From assembly GCF_009914755.1 (NCBI RefSeq), contig NC_060935.1: 64,000 bases of DNA; one strand, written 5' to 3'. This document shows positions 58,993 to 64,000 of this stretch, one piece after another. Position 1 is the first letter of the stretch. Every line of letters starts with the position of its first letter. Source of the stretch: the human T2T-CHM13v2.0 reference genome, Homo sapiens. The translations under genes and the position numbers were made by a program. The notes below the pieces were generated by a model. That model ran no database searches and was not told where the DNA came from. It saw only the letters and a list, made by a program, of their open reading frames with translations.

Positions 58993-61960
58993 CTAGAATC
59001 AAGAACAAAAACAGTGCTCACTGCAGGTCCTCTCCCGTAAGACAGTTGTTGTATTTGGATAAGAATGCTGGAAATACCTGTTGCATCAGCTCGAGCACCA
59101 AGAACCAGGAGGCAGAGATTTCAGCTTTGATTGTCCCACATCCAGGGTTTCCCCCAGCTCCTTGAAGAATGCCACCCCTGCTTTAAAAGGGCCTGAAACT
59201 CTAAGACTTTCTGGCATTTCCAACAGCCTGCAAATCCCTCCACCCTTCCTAGATCCTGTAAGACCTGCCTTAACTGTGTCAAAGATGTTTACCAACCAAG
59301 ATGTCAGTCTCTCTCTGACAGATACCGTGTTGTCACAGATCCTGCAAATGAAACTTAAAGGGTGACAGCCTCCAAAGTCTCCTTCAGTCCCTTCTTCTAT
59401 TCATTGTGTCTTCACAGCGTTCATTTGCTAAATCACAGAATTACTTTCTGGTCCTGCTGGTGAGGCACTCCAGACTTCACAAACCTCTTTTCTATAGCTT
59501 CTTCCAGTCCATTCGAGGGGCTGGTTAAAGAATACAGTGTATAGCTATCCTGAATCATGATGGTATTGGGCCAGGATAGGACTGGAAGTCAGGAAGTCTG
59601 TGTTCTAATTCCAGGACGGCTGCTAAATGGGTGTGTCAGGGGAAAAGTATGAGGATAAAATGGATATAATGTTACCTTCTGTGATCAACAGACAGTAGGG
59701 TAAACTGCTATGAAATGGTAAAAACACGTTCTAATGTAAGATATCAATAAGGTTTAAGTATCAATTTTGGCCCATTTTTATTTTTTAGGTCCCATTCTCT
59801 TAATCTATAAAATAAGAGGGTTGAATTGGAAATTCTTTAACATTTAAAATTCTGTGATTCTCTAATTCTCCAGGTAGGGAAAAGGATAGTAGTAGCATTC
59901 AGTTCTAGAGATGTGGATTCCATTCTAGGTACCCACGATGGAATAAGCTTAGAGCTGACCATGAAGACAAGTCATTTCATTCGCCATGAGACAGCTCAGT
60001 AGCTATACCACAACCCTCACAGGGAAAGGTAGAGATGAGCGACAAACCAACAGCAACAATAACAACAACCATTTCTTGATGTTTTTGTGTTCCTTTTAAC
60101 CTGTCCTATCTGTTACGGAAGCATGTTTTTCTAGGGCCAATAAAGCTGGGTTGGGATGAAATTCAGTACACAATTCAGACGTGAGCATCTTCTAATTCCT
60201 CATCCATCCTTCACCCATTCTCAGGTCTAGATTTCTAACATGGGCAGGTCAATGCCTTGGGAACACAGTCAAACAGGTAAACTGGCATTGGGACCAGCAA
60301 AGTGCTAAACTTACCACTAAGTCATTGAGAGACCACCTACATCAGGCACAGTCAATTACTGTGGAACTGGTGAGGTGGCACTCAGAAAAGACAAGATGAG
60401 AAATCGAAGGAGAAGAGCCTTTTTTTCCATATTGCTTCCTAAGCACAGTGGCCCAAGCCAGCTAATACAATGAATGGCAGGTATACAGCCAGTGGAGCCT
60501 TCAGGTGTCTACACAGAAGCTGCAAAGACGAAGTAGCAGGAGACAAAGTTTTCAAGGGATCAATAAAAGTTGTATTTGTTTGGCTCAGAAACAGATGTTA
60601 AAACACCAGCTCTGATGAGTAACTGTCAGAAGACAAGTTGGTGGAATGCAATCACATAATTACATGGCCATTGATTCTTGGTTAAAATGTCTCTTTTCTG
60701 GCAGTGGCTGAGACAAGACATTTAGTCATTTGGACAAACCATGCAACTCACTGGGTCATTACAGAGCTCCAGTGAGATGATATCTATGAAAGCACTGATA
60801 TAGTATCTGATATATAGTAGATACTCAATTTTAATATCCTTTCTTTGCCTGAAATCCCTCATATGATGCAAAATGACCAGTAAGAGAGTTTACTCACTGT
60901 TGAGTTTTAGTAAATCTCCTTGCCAATACATTGGTGCTGGTGCTTTTTACAAACAGAAAGTCCCAGAGGGTCCAGAGTGGGTGGGGGCCTGGGAAGGTCC
61001 CACTGCCATCAGCCTCCCTATGATGGAATGACTGGATAACCCCTCAAAAGACATCAGGAGTACAACCTTAAGGATATGGCCTCTGGACTTCTGTGAAATC
61101 CTTCCCCAGGCAGAGACTTAGCCAGCTTTGACCCAACAAATTTGCTTATTTCCAGATAGACTCATCACCCCAAACAGAAATAAGACACCAAGTAACAATG
61201 AGCCTCCAGGGCCCAATGAGAGACTGGGGTGGGGTGTTTGATCATCTCAAATTGGGAACCTCTTCTAAAAATAAAGATTATGCCATGGCCCAGGAACATA
61301 TTGGCCAGCCTAGTCCCCAAAGGCCTGTCAATTCTGAAGTAATGGCTACCCACCTCTGGTTCATGGAACAAGACGAAAATACATTTGATAACTTCACACA
61401 ACATCAACAAGCTGAGGAAGATTCATGTGGCATGCACTCTGGGTTTTGAGCCGGGGCAACTTGGCCCCTTTCCAGATGAATAAGCCAGCTTGCCTTGAAG
61501 CAAACCATCTCTGCTAGCTAAAACATCCTCTACCCACCCTCCAACCCAGCCTTCTTAGACCAACTTTTATTCCTTCCAAATAACTCAGGAATGACTTCCC
61601 TCAGGAAGCCTTTGATGACTCCCAGGTTTGCTTTGTAGATGCAGTTTACCATGTCGCCTGTGCTCTCAAGGCATTTTTCACAGTTTACTTGTATGTTTTC
61701 CCCACTAGAACATAAACACTTTGAGGACAAACTGTGTCTTATTTGTCTCTGTCTCCACCATGCCTAGCATCTTCCTGGCACATAGTAGATGCTCAATTAG
61801 TTTATGTTGCCTGAAGGAATGAATGAATGGATGATTAGGTTAAAATATGTTCTTGTCACAGGTTCTTTGTGACACTCCATTATAAGAGGTAGTGGTCCAG
61901 AAGGCTAACAAATCTGAGAAGAAGAGAGAAATGAGAGAAGGAATATCAGAAATGGTTTCA

Positions 61961-62299
<339 letters not shown>

Positions 62300-64000
62300 G
62301 GAGGGAACACCTGCATTGGGAAAACCAGTGTGTAGCAGAAACGGGCAGCATCACAGCAGGTCTGGTTCTTTTCTGCTGGTGGTTGTGATCCAGCTGCCCT
62401 GACCAAGGATGGTGGCCTCAATGCTCCCAGCACTCTTGAGGGAAGATGGAACGAGGAACCACTCTAGGTTCACCCAACAAGGCCTTTGGGGAAACTGATG
62501 AGGACCCGGGAAGATGCACTTGTCCGTGAAGGATATCTTAGGACCCAACTACCAAGCATCAACATCTCTAAATTGGACCCTCCAAAATGTGGTCCTTCTG
62601 CTAGAAAGCATGAGTACTCATTCCCCTTCCAAGAGCCACTGGAACCCTGAGCTTGAGGTTAAAAGAGCTCAGGATTTGGCCCTCAGGCCTGGGAGGTTCT
62701 TCTAGCCTCTGAAGTTTCTCAAACTGAGCCTTTCCAATCAGTCTCCCAGATGGGAGTGACTGGGATGTTGACTAAGAGGTGGTTTAATTAGCTGCAGCGC
62801 CTTCAGGCACTAGGCAGAAACTGGGTGAGGTGCTGTATACCTTAGCCAGGACTGGGTCTTTTTATCACACTTTACAACTGCTTTTCTTCAGTGCAGTCTG
62901 TCTCTTTTTTCTTCCTTCTAGACTGAGCAGCCAACCAGGCAATGTAGCATCAATCCCAAGCAAGAAGGCAAGTCACTACCATGACCTTGCAAATTGCAAG
63001 ATTTACCATGGCAGGCATTCAAAACGCCACACAATTCTTTTGTGAGATGATGTTTAAGAGCTTCCTCAAAGGTTCCCTGGAGACCTTCAAAGTCACCCAC
63101 TTCTGGCTCCCAGAGACCCAAATTTCCTCCTTGAGAGAACTATCCCTTTGGATTCCACCCAAGGACCCAGATTTAAGCCAGAAACTCACGGAAAAAGCAA
63201 CCCATTCACTGACACCTTAGTATAAAGGAGATTCTCAATCCATCCCCCAAAATAGAATTGTCTGGAGGAACCCCTTAATATAGGTCCTGGACAGAACCCT
63301 ATCTGGAAGCCAGACAAAAGGAGATGTCAAAACATAAATGACGTAAACTTTGCTAACTGCATACCATTGCCAGGATCAGTCTTGAAGTCAACCGTGTTTG
63401 AAATTCTGAGGCCTCCACAGCGTTTCTTGAATGCTAGCAATTTTATTCTCCTTTTTTTCCTTTTTAATCCAGATGCTCATTTCACATGAGTGTGCAGTTT
63501 GTGGAAATTAATCACACTATTCATGTAAGATTTGTGTGCTTTTTTGTCTGAGTGCTAAACTTGAGCTAAAGTTGAAAAATAGGCAAATTAAATTATGGTG
63601 TTAGAAGTAAATACATATAGTATATCTATCTTTGGCCTTAAATGGCTGATTCCCATACTGGTGGATTTCCCAGCAAAAGAACAGGTACTAATTTTGCCCA
63701 AAGAACACCTTATACTTTGGGAACATGTAAACATCTCCTTCAGATGAGGCAAAACAGCGGGGCCTTAAGGTAGTCCAGGTTATAACAGAGTGACCTCACT
63801 GGCCAAAGAAGAAGTTTGTGGCCTTCATCTTCCTTCTACTCTTCCATGCCCATAACAGCAAAGAACTCTCATACATTTCCTTTCTTGTCTTCCATAACAG
63901 GAACCCAAGCAGACTCTTCTCCTTGTGTTCATCTTTCAATCGTAAATAATAACCAACATTTCATCAGTTTAACTTTCTAACAAATAAGCTAATAATAACA

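Noticed and set aside
59950-59970. Minus-strand ATGGTCAG resembling the rodent alternative MVS N-terminal exon
   Set aside because: It is not followed by a GT donor, and an 8-mer match is expected by chance.
60315-60380. Possible intron-1 exon ending in GTG|gtaagt
   Set aside because: The only nearby acceptor is a poor GAG.

Overview
This is primate genomic DNA, and the encoded protein matches human EAAT2 as I recall it. The whole window lies inside SLC1A2 (EAAT2/GLT-1, the astrocytic glutamate transporter) on the minus strand. It holds coding exons 2-10, each with GT-AG borders and consistent phases. It also holds the intron-10 read-through tail of isoform EAAT2b/GLT-1b ([12 protein letters not shown]). 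Exons 1 and 11 are outside the window. The rest is intron filled with Alu, L1, L2, MIR, solo LTRs, DNA-transposon relics and microsatellites, and nearly all ORFs in the track are spurious. I found no new gene or prokaryote-type system. The most interesting structure is RNA-level and sits in intron 7: (1) a 35-bp near-perfect hairpin that hides two overlapping AATAAA signals, a likely editing-controlled polyadenylation switch that is probably already published; (2) a weak exon-7 donor followed directly by a stop codon; (3) an Alu A-tail 1,008 nt into the intron; (4) an exact 176-bp tandem duplication. Other candidates are a cassette exon in intron 1, an alternative exon-2 acceptor, a cluster of five donor-like motifs in intron 6, antisense exons bracketing exon 9, and inverted Alu pairs. 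Repeat subfamily names come from recalled consensus sequences and need RepeatMasker confirmation.
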